A program made the position numbers and the translations under genes. Shown in pieces: positions 1 to 12,264 of a stretch of DNA of 64,000 bases (the first letter of the stretch is position 1; every line of letters begins with the position of its first letter). The stretch comes from Octopus vulgaris (Eukaryota): positions 141,794,001 to 141,858,000 of the forward strand of contig OX597816.1 of the NCBI GenBank assembly GCA_951406725.2, given 5' to 3'. The notes below the pieces were generated by a model, which saw only the letters and a list, made by a program, of their open reading frames with translations, was not told the DNA's origin and did no database searches.

Positions 1-169
1 TGCTACTCTATACATTTTGAGTTCAAATAACACTGTGGTCAACTTTGGTTGTCACCCTTATGAAGTACCAGTCAAGTACTAGGATCAATGCTAATGGAAT
101 AACCTGCTTCTCCTCAAAAATTCTAGTCTTGTGTCTAAACTAGAAACAATTATTATTATTGCTGTAGTT

Positions 170-945
170 ATCTTTTATCTTTTATTTGTTACTGGTTTCA
201 GTCATTGGACTGTGGCCATGTTGGAGCTCTGGCTTGAAGAATTTTTAGTTGAATAAACTGACCCCAGGACTTTTTTCTTTTTTTTTTTTAAAGTTTGGTA
301 CATATTCTATCGGTCTCTTTGGCCAAACCACAAGTTATGGAAATATATACACACCAATACCAATTGTCAAGCAGTAGGTGGGAGAAACAAACACAGACAC
401 AAAGATACACACAGACACACACACACATATGACAGGCTTTATTCAGTTTCCTTCTACCATATCCACTCACGTGGTTTTGGTCAGCCTGAAGCTATAGTAG
501 AAGACACTTGCCCACGGTGTCACACAGTGAGACTGAACCTGGAACCATGTGGTTGGGAAGCAAACTTCTTACCACATCTTTTATCTTTTACTGTTTCAGT
601 CGCTAGGCTGCTGCCATGCTGGGGCACCACCTTGAAGAATTTTTAGTTGAATAAATCAACCCCAGTACTTTCATTCTGTTTTTTAAGCCTGGTACTTATT
701 CTATTGGTCTTTTTTGCTGAACTGCTAAGTTATGGGGATGTAAGCATACCAAAACTGACATAAAGACACACATACACATATATATGAAGGACGTCTCTCA
801 GATTCCATCTACCAAATCCACTCACAAGGCTTTGGTTGACCCAAGGATATACTAGATGACACTCAGCCAAGGTGCTACACAGTGGGACTGAACCCAGAAC
901 CATGTGGTTAAGAAACAAGCTTCTTACCACACAATCACACCTGCC
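170..945 (-). mobile_element. Two tandem copies of the dominant tRNA-derived SINE family (approx. 170-578 and 579-945)
   Basis: Both carry the modules gtttcagtc...gccatg(c/t)tgg, tagttgaataaa...ccccag, a (CA)n spacer, ccactcac...tttgg and gactgaacc...gaaccatgtggtt...aagc...ttcttaccaca. The same modules recur >20 times in the window. Confidence 0.85.
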
Positions 946-1339
946 TCCTTGTTGAAAAGTCCTTAATATTGTTCTTAGTACCATTATTATTCAGCTATAT
1001 AAACGATAAGTACACTGCACTCCAGTTTTTTAGCTTGTACAGAACCTCAGCTATCTATAGAGAATAAAAGAAATGGACGGACTACTTTTGATAGCAATGG
1101 CTATTAAATCTAATATAGGACGAAGCTTGATATCAAGAATAACATCATATATATTTGGACAGATATATTGAATATCATTGAATGTATAATAAGAGATATT
1201 GAAATATAGAAAAGCTTTGAGTATATGTGCTTGGACATATTGAATAGCCTCAAATGTATATAGCTGTACAAACATATTAAATAGAATCATACAGAGCTGG
1301 AGATATTGAATAACATCAAATATATATGTCATAAAACAT

Positions 1340-1359
1340 TATAATTATTATTATTATTA

Positions 1360-1444
<85 letters not shown>

Positions 1445-1461
1445 CATTATTATTATTATTA

Positions 1462-1497
<36 letters not shown>
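1340..1497. repeat. (ATT)n microsatellite
   Basis: About 50 ATT units with occasional ATC interruptions. Confidence 0.95.
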
Positions 1498-1498
<1 letters not shown>

Positions 1499-2114
1499 GG
1501 TGATGATGATGGTGATCTACATGGACATATATTCTAGAATACAGTTAATTTTCGATGCATGCATATGCGTGAGTGCTTGTAAGTATAGTAAGCTGACCAT
1601 TCTGTACTTATTTTTCAGGAGAGATTTACTGGATAGCTCAACTTCATGCTAGAGTTTAAATAAAATGGCAAATAAGAAAAAGTTGTCACAGCATTGGATA
1701 AAATGCCTTGTGGTATTTGTTCCAGTTCTCTCTACACACACACACTGACTGCAAATTCTGCTAAGATCAACTTTGCCTTTCATCCTTTAACATTAATAAA
1801 GTACCCTGGGACCAATTTCTCTTTCTTCTCTTTTATCTCTCACACATGCACATGCGCATTCACACACACACACACACACAATCTCTCTCTTTCTCTCTCC
1901 CTCTCCCTCTCATTCTCTCTCAGAATTGACAATAGCTGACAAGATAATGTGTTTTTTAAAAAATAACATCCGGAGGAAGGCAATGGGAAAACCCCATTCC
2001 ATATTCTTCCACAAAAATTCTATGACAAGAGCACTGTGTTGTTAAGAAAGCCACAAGTGGTAATTCATCAACTAAAGGGAAGAGTATAAATGAATTTTGC
2101 AATAATACACTCAG

Positions 2115-2342
2115 TTAACATTTTAGCATTCAAACAGGCCAAATTCAACCTAAATATTCTACCTGTTTTATATTCAAACTAGTCGGATCTGGCCTCTCAC
2201 ACTAACCCTACAATGTCATTCTAAATATAATCAATTTCATCATCAAAATCTCAAAGCTATGAGGTAATGCAAAATTAATTTTTAAAATGTGTAAATAATA
2301 AGTAATACATTAGAGAGACTAATTTGTATGCTAAAAGGTTAA
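2115..2342. mobile_element. piggyBac-type MITE (TTAA-flanked)
   Basis: Runs TTAA-cattttagcatt...tgctaaaagg-TTAA. Related copies at 42368-42511 and 48739-49175 have TTAACCCTTTAG-type termini. Confidence 0.6.
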
Positions 2343-2344
2343 AT

Positions 2345-2959
2345 CAGTGGTTCTCAACCATTTTTTACCTACAGACCCCTTTCATTACTATTTTATTCTG
2401 GTAGACTCCATAGCCATTTGATGTTTTAAAAACTAGTTTTATAGATACTTCTTTCAAAATTCCTATTTTGTTTTTCACACGTTCACCTGCATATATTAGC
2501 AAGAAACATGTTCAACTGTTAAGTGTTAGAGAAAGAAACCTAGTTGTTTCTTGCAATAAATGATGATGATGATGATTTAAATTTTAGTGACTTTTCTCCA
2601 AAATTATATATCTTGATGTAGATCAGTGATTCTCACCTGTTTTTTTTGTTACTTCTTTGATTACTATTTTGCTCTAGTGGACTCCCATTGCTACTTGAAG
2701 TTCAAAACCTAATTTTACAGATACTTCTTTCAAAATTTCTGTTATGTTTTTCACACATTAACTTGTGTAGGTGGAACTATGTAAAACATTAGAGAAAAAA
2801 AACAAGTTGTTTTTTGCAATAACTACATCTAAGGCAAAAATTTTCATGGACCCTTAAAATAATAATGTGGATCCCTAAATTACTATTTTGCTTGCATGGC
2901 CCACCAAAAGTCTTATATGAACCTCCAGGGGCTATATGGACCTTGGTTGAAAACCACTA
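2345..2959. mobile_element. hAT-type non-autonomous element with an internal partial tandem duplication
   Basis: TIRs are CAGTGGTTCTCAACC / GGTTGAAAACCACTA. The 8-bp TSD is ggttaaat (2337-2344) / ggtcaaat (2960-2967). A second 5' end starts at ~2624, and a related copy lies at 38357-38663. Confidence 0.75.
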
Positions 2960-2993
2960 GGTCAAATGATAAAAAATGATAAATTGTGATTAC

Positions 2994-3225
2994 CTGAGAC
3001 TTCACCCTTTTCTGCTTTTGCTTGATTCACCTCTGACACATAGCCAATAGCCAGCATAGCCACTGCCAGAATGAAGATTGGTGCACTGAGTGAGCCAGCA
3101 GAAGAACAGAGATGAAGCACAAACAATACCCATACAGGAATGGATAAATATTGTAGCTGTTTGTTGTTTTCTGGTTTCCAGTACAATGCTATCATTATGA
3201 CATAGCCCAGTACGACAGTCCATAT
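2994..3225 (-). CDS. TMEM245: TMEM245 (transmembrane protein 245) coding exon 2; gene continues beyond the window start
   Basis: Acceptor tttcttctgtcAG|ATATGG (AG at 3227-3226) and donor CAG|GTAAT (GT at 2993-2992). Translates IWTVVLGYVIMIALYWKPENNKQLQYLSIPVWVLFVLHLCSSAGSLSAPIFILAVAMLAIG..., matching the TMEM245 segment IWTLVVGY...SIPVW...HLAS.AGS as I recall it. Phase 0 joins exon 1. Confidence 0.9.
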
Positions 3226-3509
3226 CTGACAGAAGAAATAGAAACATTTTTAAATATTTAGAATATATGAATTTAAAAACATAGGTAAGATAATGAAAAT
3301 GCTTGAGAAAATATCTCATGAATATGAAAAATGTATCGATTGGCAAGAGATGCAAAAAAATGTGTACAACATGGGACCTGGAGGTTTAAGAAAACATGGA
3401 TAAATATGGAAAACATGGGCGTTAAGAGAATACAGATGAATAAGAAGAATATGCAAACAAGGCATTCAGAAATAGTAGATAAATATGGTAGACATGTAGG
3501 CAAGATATT

Positions 3510-3667
3510 AACATGGTTGTGTGGCTAGGAAGCTTGCATCCCAACCATGTGATCTTGGGTTCAGTCCCACTCTGCTGCAGCTTGGGCAAATGTCTTCCAC
3601 CTAAAGCCTTGTGAGTAGATTTAGTAGACATAAGCTGTAAGAAGTCTGTCATATATGTGCATATATG

Positions 3668-3711
<44 letters not shown>

Positions 3712-4040
3712 CACCACCTTGGAAAGTTTTAGTTAAACAAATCGACCCCAGTACTCTTTAGGTGAACTGCTAAGTTAGGGGATATAAACAAACCAATACC
3801 AGTTGTCAAGTGGTAGCGGTGGGATGACAAACACAGAATCAATCACACACACACACACACACACATACAGAGATGCATATACGTGATGGACTGCCATAGT
3901 TTCTGTCAAAATTCATTCACAAGGCATTGGTCAGCCTGGGCTGACCCAAGGAGCCATGCTTACCCAAGGAGCCATGCAGAGAGACTGAACCCAATACATA
4001 TGGCTGCAAAGTGAGCTTCTTAACCACGTAGCTAACTCTG
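3510..4040. mobile_element. Decayed copies of the dominant SINE (+ at ~3510-3650, - at ~3710-4040) separated by (GA)n
   Basis: Contains ggttcagtcccactctg...ttgggcaaatgtcttc and the reverse modules aaacaaatcgaccccagtact and gactgaaccc. Confidence 0.75.
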
Positions 4041-4852
4041 CACCTGTACATACAGCCATCACTGTACCTGTATAAAGTAATATGAACTATAATATAAAGT
4101 AATTTCAGCTTCACCCAACACCCTACCTAATATCATTGCTAAAGTAATATAAACTACAGACTTTTCTTGTGGTTACTTATAGTTTCTAGGCAAACTTGCA
4201 GTCATCAGACTGCACCATATAACCATATCTAAAACATGCAACTGTAAAAAGAAAGAGTTGGTCATGGCTGAGCCATCTTTGATCATAGGTTGCCTTGATC
4301 AAGGCTGACACTGGGCTAAACAACAATACCATCACAATCACCTTCACTACCAGCGACACCCACACCATCCACCTCACTTACTGCCTTCCTGATCACTTTA
4401 ATCACCAAGCAATTAACTGTATATTTAATACAGCCATCAGTCTTCACTTGTAGACTTTCACAATATCACTGATGTTTCTCAAGAGTTTTCTCATCCCAAA
4501 GTCTCGCTAATTCTTTGGATTCCTTTGTTTCCGTTAATTAATTATATGACACACAATATATGAAAAGTGATCAATCTTGCAACAAAATCTTCATTGCCTT
4601 TGTTTGTGCATATTTATAACATATGTGTGTGTGTGTGTGTGGGGGGGGGGGTATTTGAAAACATGTGATCAAGTGGTTCGAGTGTTGCAGCTATACTTTT
4701 ATTTGTTTCAGTCACTTGATTGCAGCCATGCTGGAGCAGCATCTGTAGTCAAACAAATCGACCCCAGTACTTATTCTATCAGTCTCTCTCTCTTTCTCTC
4801 TTTCAGTTTCCATCTACCAAATCCACTCACAAGGCTTTGGTTCCGAACTCAT

Positions 4853-5017
4853 TAGCCGTTGACCACCACCTCAGCCACGTGTGTAACACACGGACACACA
4901 CACGGCAACCGCGACCGTGTGGTCATTACCGCCGCTTGTCCAATTGCGCTTTCTGCCTCACTGCCATCGAGTGTGTGTGTCCGTGTGTTACGCATGTGGC
5001 TAGGCAGCGGTCGGCTA
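4853..5017. repeat. GC/CpG-rich inverted repeat (31-bp core arms)
   Basis: agccacgtgtgtaacacacggacacacacac (4873-4903) is the reverse complement of 4971-5001 with 2 mismatches. Outer tagccg/cggcta extends it. Confidence 0.85.
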
Positions 5018-5174
5018 TCATCTTAAAAAGAAGGTTGTAAAATTCACAGTATATTTAGAAAAAGATAGTATGATTATAGCTGGAATGCCATTGTTCATAA
5101 GTCTGCTCAAAATGCACTGACCTGGGGTTAAACAGCAGCTACAAAAATCCATGTATAGATACCTATATCTATAT

Positions 5175-5334
5175 GAATGCATCTTTACACTATTTACATT
5201 TGACAGATATTTGTCCACATCCTGTTTGTTGTTAACACGTTTCGGCTGATATACCCTCCAGCCTTCATCAGGTGTCTTGGGGAAATTTCGAACCTGGGTT
5301 CTCATTCCTAAGGTATTTTTCGATGTTGTTGTTG

Positions 5335-5373
<39 letters not shown>

Positions 5374-5501
5374 TCACTGCTTGTAATCGAACTTGGAATC
5401 TTGGGGTTAGTAGCCTGTGCTCTTAAGCACTACGCCATATGTCCATCAAATGTAAATAATGTTAATAATGTACATAATTCCTCATCTCTTAAATATAGAA
5501 C
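5175..5501 (-). mobile_element. tRNA-headed short element carrying a hammerhead-like core and an inverted terminal duplication
   Basis: Minus strand reads TGGCGTAGTGCTTAAG (A-box-like), GTTCGATT (B-box-like), (AAT)n, then CTGATGA-A-GGCTG/CAGCC-GAAAC. 5191-5203 is inverted at 5446-5458. Confidence 0.6.
5234..5276 (-). ncRNA. Minimal hammerhead-ribozyme-like motif (helix III incomplete in this copy)
   Basis: GACAC-CTGATGA-A-GGCTG-gagggtatat-CAGCC-GAAA-C-GTGTT: intact CUGAUGA and GAAA boxes, 5-bp helix II, helix I GACAC/GTGTT. Confidence 0.55.
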
Positions 5502-5556
5502 TTACCACCCATATTATTTGTGTGTGTGTGTGTGTGTATGTATATATATAAATATA

Positions 5557-5820
5557 GGAGTGGCAGTGTGGTAAAAAGCTTCCACATGGTTCTGGGTTCA
5601 GTCCCACTGCATGGCACCTTGGGCAAGTGTCTTCTACTACAGCCTCAGCCTGACCAAAACCTTGTGAGTGGATTTGGTAGACGGAAACTGAAAGAAGCCT
5701 ATCAGATATACATATATATATTTACAAAGAATAAGTCCTGGAGTCGATTTGTTCAACTAAATGTGGTGCTCCAGCATGCTACTGTCAAATGACTGAAACA
5801 ATGCAAAGAATAGAAGAATA
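5557..5820 (+). mobile_element. Dominant SINE copy, internally deleted
   Basis: ggcagtgtggtaaaa...gggttcagtcccactgcatggcaccttgggcaagtgtcttc...gactgaaaca. Confidence 0.85.
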
Positions 5821-5825
5821 CTCAC

Positions 5826-5858
<33 letters not shown>

Positions 5859-6111
5859 TACATACTTGAATATATATATATACATAAATTGATAGATATA
5901 ATGTTTGTTTATTATCTGCTGATGTATAGCAGCAAAGGATGCAACACTGGCAAGAAACTGATGACAAACCCCTGTCCCATGCACCGTGAAATTCAAGTGA
6001 ACCACTGAAGGGGTGTGGTCTATTTGAAAGACTGCAACCAATGATGCTATTATTCACAAACTGCGATACCAAAAACAATAAATACATCTTTTTTTACCTA
6101 AACATATTTGT

Positions 6112-6342
6112 TATTTCTTTACTGCCCACAAGGAGCTAAACACAGAGGGGACAAACAAGGACAGACAAACGGATTAAGTCGATTATATCGACTCCAGTGC
6201 ATAACTGGTACTTATCTAATCGACCCCGAAAGGATGAAAGGTAAAGTCGACCTCGGCAGAATTTGAACTCAGAACGTAGCGGCAGATGAAATACCACTAA
6301 GCATTTCGCCCGGTGTGCTAACGTTTCTGCCAACTCGCCACC
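6112..6342 (-). mobile_element. Second SINE family with ~19-bp target-site duplication
   Basis: TSD tttacctaaacatatttgt at 6093-6111 and 6343-6361. Head is GGTGGCGAGTTGGCAGAAACGTTAG...GAGTTCAAATTC. A plus-strand copy lies at 45181-45416. Confidence 0.85.
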
Positions 6343-6393
6343 TTTACCTAAACATATTTGTATGCTTACACACACACACACATGCATGCATGT

Positions 6394-6695
6394 GAGGGCA
6401 CATGGTTTAGTGGTTAGGGTATTGCACTCATAATTGCTAGATCATGATATCAATTCCTAGACTGCGTGGAGCATTGTGTCCCTGAGCAAAACACTTCATC
6501 TCACGTTGCTCTGTGATCACTTTGACACCTGATGTGTGGTAACACCAAGCACCTGTTTAGACAATGTTGATTTGATGGAGACAGTGAGCTAATGTGTGGT
6601 ATGAACATTTGATCACTATAAACAAATCATTTGTGCAGCTTGTTCAGCAAAAGCTGCACACTCAAATGTCATCTTTGACGGGAAAGTCCATCATG
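6394..6695 (+). mobile_element. tRNA-derived SINE (third family)
   Basis: Head gagggcacatggtttagtggttaggg...tcaattcctag; similar heads at 12511, 12660 and 58358. Confidence 0.7.
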
Positions 6696-7021
6696 TATGT
6701 TCATATATAAATTTGTAATGTAATACATGGATTCATAGCTATCAGAGAAAGCTCCTCTAGTGGACCCAGCTAGCTTTCTTTATATTCAGTGCTTTGTAAA
6801 TACACAGTTGTATATATCTTATAATATGTAGCATGCATATTAGTGCAGACATGTAAAAGAATTTATTATACACAGAAATTATTATTAAATGATGAACACA
6901 GAGACATAGCCATAATCTTAGGATTATGGTCATTTCTCAGACTTCATCATGTAATAATAATTTCAATGGTTAAATAAATATATTCACAAGTTTAAAAAAA
7001 TATACACAAGTATTTTATGGT

Positions 7022-7254
7022 GTGTGTGTGTATATGTATGTATGTATATATATATATGTGTGTGTGTGTGTGTCAATTCATGCATGTATATATATATATT
7101 TACATACATACATACACACATACAGTATGTACATATTTATACATAATTTTCAATATGTATATATATATGTATGTATATATACATATATGTATATAGATAT
7201 ATATATGCATGTGTATATATATATATGTATATATTTATGTATATATATGTATGT

Positions 7255-7294
<40 letters not shown>

Positions 7295-7762
7295 ATGTAT
7301 GTATACATATATGAATGTGCATGTGTGTATACACACAAATGTGCAAATATACATACACTCCCTTGCATGCGCACACACACACATTCTTTCATTTCTTTAC
7401 TGGTTTTAGTCATTGAACTGTGGCCATGCTGGGTCACAGCTTCAGGGGTTTTATAGTCAATCATAGTGTCGCCAGTATATATATATATTTCAGTCTGATA
7501 CTTTCTTTATTCTATAATTTTTACCCATTAACTAAGTTTAAAATTTTCACTCAACACTAGATCTGTGCTAACTGACACTATTGTATTGAACAGATAAATT
7601 CAAACAGACAAACACATATTAAAAACACTCAGTTCCACACACACATACAAACACACAAGCACACATATTGTTCAATCTATGTCAGTAGGGAAGACTGACA
7701 TAAAATAATGATCATTAGGATACATATATATTTACACATATATACAAACATACATACATACA

Positions 7763-7811
<49 letters not shown>

Positions 7812-8010
7812 CATATATACATACACGCAAGCATACATATATATATGCATATATATACATACATACATACATTCACACACACACACATATATATATACAT
7901 ATATATTATATATTAGATATATATGTACACACATATTTATTGGCATTGTTTTACGATTGATTTCTTAATGCTTGCATGGATCAGAGGAAGGCCAGATGCT
8001 TTTCCTGTGT

Positions 8011-8049
<39 letters not shown>

Positions 8050-8094
8050 TATGGAAGGAACTATATATATATATATTAGTCACACAGGAAAAAC

Positions 8095-8131
<37 letters not shown>

Positions 8132-8225
8132 CACATATATGTTATCAATATATATATGTGCATGTATATATGTGTGCATTTGTTTGTGTTTGTGTTTGTG
8201 TGTGTGTGTGTACTTGTGTATGTAT
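7022..8225. repeat. Compound (TA)n/(TG)n/(TATG)n low-complexity tracts
   Basis: Visible dinucleotide arrays; they give rise to the many Y/I/V/C/M-rich spurious ORFs. Confidence 0.95.
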
Positions 8226-8644
8226 CATTCATTCATTCTTATAACAACCACTTTTCCATGCTACAAAGAGTTTGACACGAATTTTTTGAGGTTATATTCT
8301 ATGGCCAGATACCTTTCTTGACAAGAACCCTTGCCAGGTTTTCAAATAAGGAACATGTAATTTCTCTTGTCATTGAATGTACAGAGTGATTGGCTTTAGA
8401 ATCAACATACATTAAAAACATATCAACTTTGCAGGTAGAGTGGAGTACCCCTTGTACAAGTGTGTGGATATATCTGACTTCTGCAGTAAAAGTGTTAACA
8501 ATAATGATTCAGTTGTAAATGTGACTGTAAAGTTAAAAAGGTCGCTTCACAACCATACAGATTTGGGTCTGATTCCACTGTGTAGCACCTTGGACAAATG
8601 CCTTGTGAATGAAATGTAGTACATGAAAACAGAATCCTGTTATA

Positions 8645-9340
8645 TATTTTATTTTGAGGTTTCTTGCCAATAGAGAAAGGGCTGGTTTCTAATCTAGATC
8701 CAAGACTCCTTCATTGGAATTTTACCAACATCAACAGGATAGTTTCGTATGTATGTATGTATGTATGTATGTATGTATGTATGTGTGTGTGTGTGTGTGT
8801 ATGTATGTATGCATGCATGTATGTATGTATGTTTGTATGTATGTATGCATACATGCATGTATGTATGTATGTATGCATGCATGCATGTATGTATGTATGC
8901 ATGTATGTATGTTTGTATGTGTGTATGTATGTATGTATATATGTATGTATGTATGCATATAGTTGCATGTCTAGAAATACTCATATATACTTAAATGATA
9001 AACTTCTGGAAAGTTTTACAGATTTTTACAGTTCCAGTGATGGCTTAGATCTGTAGTCTTCAAATCAGCTTTCTCCTTGGTTTTGAGAAGCCTAATTTCT
9101 CAAGATTGCTATTTAGGATCTGTGTTGCATATCCCAGTGCCCCAATAATTACACCTATAAACCTGAAATTGTAATTTGGATAGAGTAACTGTAGATTTCT
9201 CAATAGTTCAGCATAGGTATTTTCTCTTTCATTGATCTTTATCTTTATGTTATCATCCACTGGGCAGCTGATTTCTACAACTGTAAACAGTTTCTTTTCT
9301 CTATCCCAGATCACATATCAGGTCTCTTATGCTTACATTT
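8645..9340 (-). mobile_element. 3' fragment of an R4/Dong-type non-LTR retrotransposon (restriction-like endonuclease), interrupted by (TATG)n
   Basis: KHKRPDM followed by ORF 9060-9314 IWDREKKLFTVVEISCP...Y.EL...VIIGALG, the RPD...E PD-(D/E)xK RLE signature. Confidence 0.75.
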
Positions 9341-10948
9341 TCTGATGGATCTCATTATACACTGTCTTAGCAACAACATCCATGTCTTCATTGGTAGATA
9401 ATACCATATTTTTGGACAACTGCTTACGATGTGGGTGATATCTTCAGCGTTAGCTCCACAAAGTCTGTATCGGTTATCACATATTGCTGTTTGTTTGTTT
9501 GTTTATTTGTATGTATGTATTTATGCATGTATGTGTGTGTGTGTGTGTATGTGTGTTGTGCATACATTTGTACCTATGTATCGCTGCATCACACATGTGG
9601 TGATAATGCTTATGGCTTACAGGGATGAAAAGTCAAGCAGCTCATATGAAGTCAATCAATAAAGTATCTTACTTAAAAAACAAAAGGTTGTTGTCAAGAA
9701 GGGCATCTATAATATTGCCTGAGTCTCATTTAACCCATATCAGCATGGAAAAAGCAGAAATAAAAACGATGATGATGATGATGATGATGAAGGTGAGGAG
9801 GAGGAGGAATGGATTTCCAATATAAGCCCAGTTAGATTTGTGAGGGAAAGACAGTTGATCAAATCTACTCCTGAAGTTGACAGGTACTTCTTTTATTATT
9901 GTAGACTGTGTAAAACGAAGATGACCCTGTTGGGATTTGAACTCTGACCATAAAGAGACAATAATATAAGTACACACACACACACACAGACACAGCAGAA
10001 AGTAAAGCTGAATAGAGAAAATTTCTTTATTAAATGTGATATCAATATATCAAGATGTATGCTCCGATATTTATATCTACCTGATATCTCCAAGGTTCTT
10101 GTTAATAAACAGGTGGCTTTTATCCAATCTGACAAGATCTAAGATGGATAGCTTGATTTCTGACTTAAATGAAATGTATGTATGTCTCTCTCTATCACTA
10201 ATTTATCTCCAGAATTTAATTTTAGCCAGAAGATAACTTTTCACCTTCCATGACACATTATTCGTGGTGTTGTAATTAGTCATTAGTCACATTATCTAAA
10301 GGCTTTCAAGACATGAAAAGGCTGTCTTACTGCCCCCACACCCATCTGTGTTCACATGATGAAGATAAATAATAACGAGTACATACATAATAATATTCCA
10401 CCTACTGCACACTTCCATTGTCTCATGAAATATTCAGCCAGTTAATTGTTGTCAGTAATTTGATAATGCTGTGTACTTGTAGGAAATTTTCTGACATTAA
10501 GTGATAATATGTTGGGAGTTAGAAAATATGATTAAATAATCTGCTTTCCATTTGAGCTTCTCACCTTCATCTGCCTTTTAAGCTAAATCTGCACTATCTC
10601 CAACTTATGCAAGAGGAGGTATTTTTGCAGTCTCTCTTTTATACCATTCTGCCTGAGTTCATTTAATCTCAACAATATTTCATTTGATATCTAAAATGCT
10701 TATCTTAAAAATCATGCATGATATATATACATATATATACATACATAAATGTGTGTGTGTGTAAATAAATGCTTATATATATAAGGTGCAAGTGTAGGTG
10801 TGTAATAAGTTTGCCTCCAAACCACATGGTTCCCAGTTCAATCCCACTGCATGCCACCTAGTGTAAGTGTTTTCTGCTATAACCCTGGGCCAACCAAAGC
10901 CTTTTGAGAGGATTTGGTGGACTGAAACTGAAAGTAGCCCCCATTATA

Positions 10949-12263
10949 TCAGGTAATCCCATAATTTCTGTCCGATTTTACCATTTTTAAAAATTGAATG
11001 AAATTTAATAGTATTTTAGAATGTCTAATGGAATTAAAAATTATTTTTAAGCATTTGTGTACATTTAAACTAATTAAATATTATTTTACAGAGTAATAGA
11101 ATTGAAATTTCTTTGATTAAATCCCTTTCTAACATGGAAGTATCCAAAAAGCATTTGAGTCACATAATGCTTTATGAGTACAAAAAAGGAAACTCTGCAG
11201 CTGAAGTGACTCAAAACATACACTCAGTTTATGGGAATGAATGCTTGAATGAAAGAACTTGCAGAAGATGGTTTGCAAAATTCAGAAGTGGAGATTTCAG
11301 CCTGATGATGATAAAGATTGAACAGGACATCCAGTTGAGTTTGATGATAAACTCCTTGAGGCATTACTTGAAGAAAATTGAAATTTAATCATCATTGTAC
11401 TTTCCCTGATTATCAGTTGAAGAATTGGCAATAAAGCTTAGTTCAAAACCATACAACTGTTCATCGTCATCTTCAACAACTTGGAATGGTTCTTAAACTT
11501 GGAAAATGGGTGCCTCATGAATTGTCTGAAAGCAACTGTAAATCCTGAGTTGACATCTGCTCTTCTCTCCATTCTCACAAACTCATTTCACCCTTTTTGG
11601 ATAGACTTGTGACTGGTGATGAAAAATGGATCTTCTATAGAAATGTTAAACGTTGTAAACAGTGGCTTGGTAAAAGGGAAAAAGCTCTGCCACAACCGAG
11701 AAGGGAACTTCATGGGAAAAAGTTTCTTCTCTCTATCTGGTGGGATTGCAAAGAAGAAATTCACCTTGAATTGTTACCACCTAATGCAAAAATCAATGCT
11801 CAAGTCTACTGTCAGCAATTAGAGCATTTGAACTAAGCTTTGAAGAAAAAAGACCCACTTTAGTGAGTCAAAAGGGAGTGATGTTTTATCAGGACAATGC
11901 ATGACACCACACTGTAAAGATCACATCACAGAAAGTTGAAGAGCTTGGTTGAGAAAAAATTCCTCATCCACCTTATTTTCCCGACCTTGCTCCTTCAGAC
12001 TACCATTTGCTTCGTAGATTACAGAATCATTTCAGGGACATAACTTTTGCAAGCCAGGAGGAGGTTGAAACTGACATTTCAGAGTTTTTCGCTTTGAAAC
12101 CAAAAGAGTTTTACATCGATGGGATTAAAAAGTTTGTAAATAGATGGAAGGAAGTCATAGATAATCAGGGAAAGTACATTGATGATTAAATTTCAATTAA
12201 ATATAACGTTTGATCACTTGTTTTCTTTATTCAAAATTCGGGCAGAACTTATAGGATGACCTG

Positions 12264-12264
<1 letters not shown>
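10949..12264 (+). mobile_element. Full-length (~1.3 kb) inactive mariner (Tc1/mariner DD34D) transposon
   Basis: ~30-bp TIRs tcaggtaatcccataatttctgtccgattt / aattcgggcagaacttataggatgacctga. TA at 10947-10948 on the left, TG on the right. Inserted at the end of a SINE segment. Confidence 0.92.
11134..12189 (+). pseudogene. Mariner transposase pseudogene (frameshifts and stops)
   Basis: Motifs: HTH ERTCRRWFAKFRSGDFSL, WVPHEL (~11508), TGDEKW, QDNA, HPPYFPDLAPSDYHL, RWKEVIDNQGKYIDD. Split over ORFs 11113-11388, 11597-11836 and 12007-12189. Confidence 0.92.

Noticed and set aside
3002-3355. 117-aa ORF overlapping exon 2 in another frame
   Set aside because: Wrong frame for the phase-0 junction and no recognisable homology.
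7022-8994. Many overlapping ORFs rich in Y/I/C/V/M/H/T
   Set aside because: They are translations of (TA)n/(TG)n/(TATG)n microsatellites that lack stop codons.
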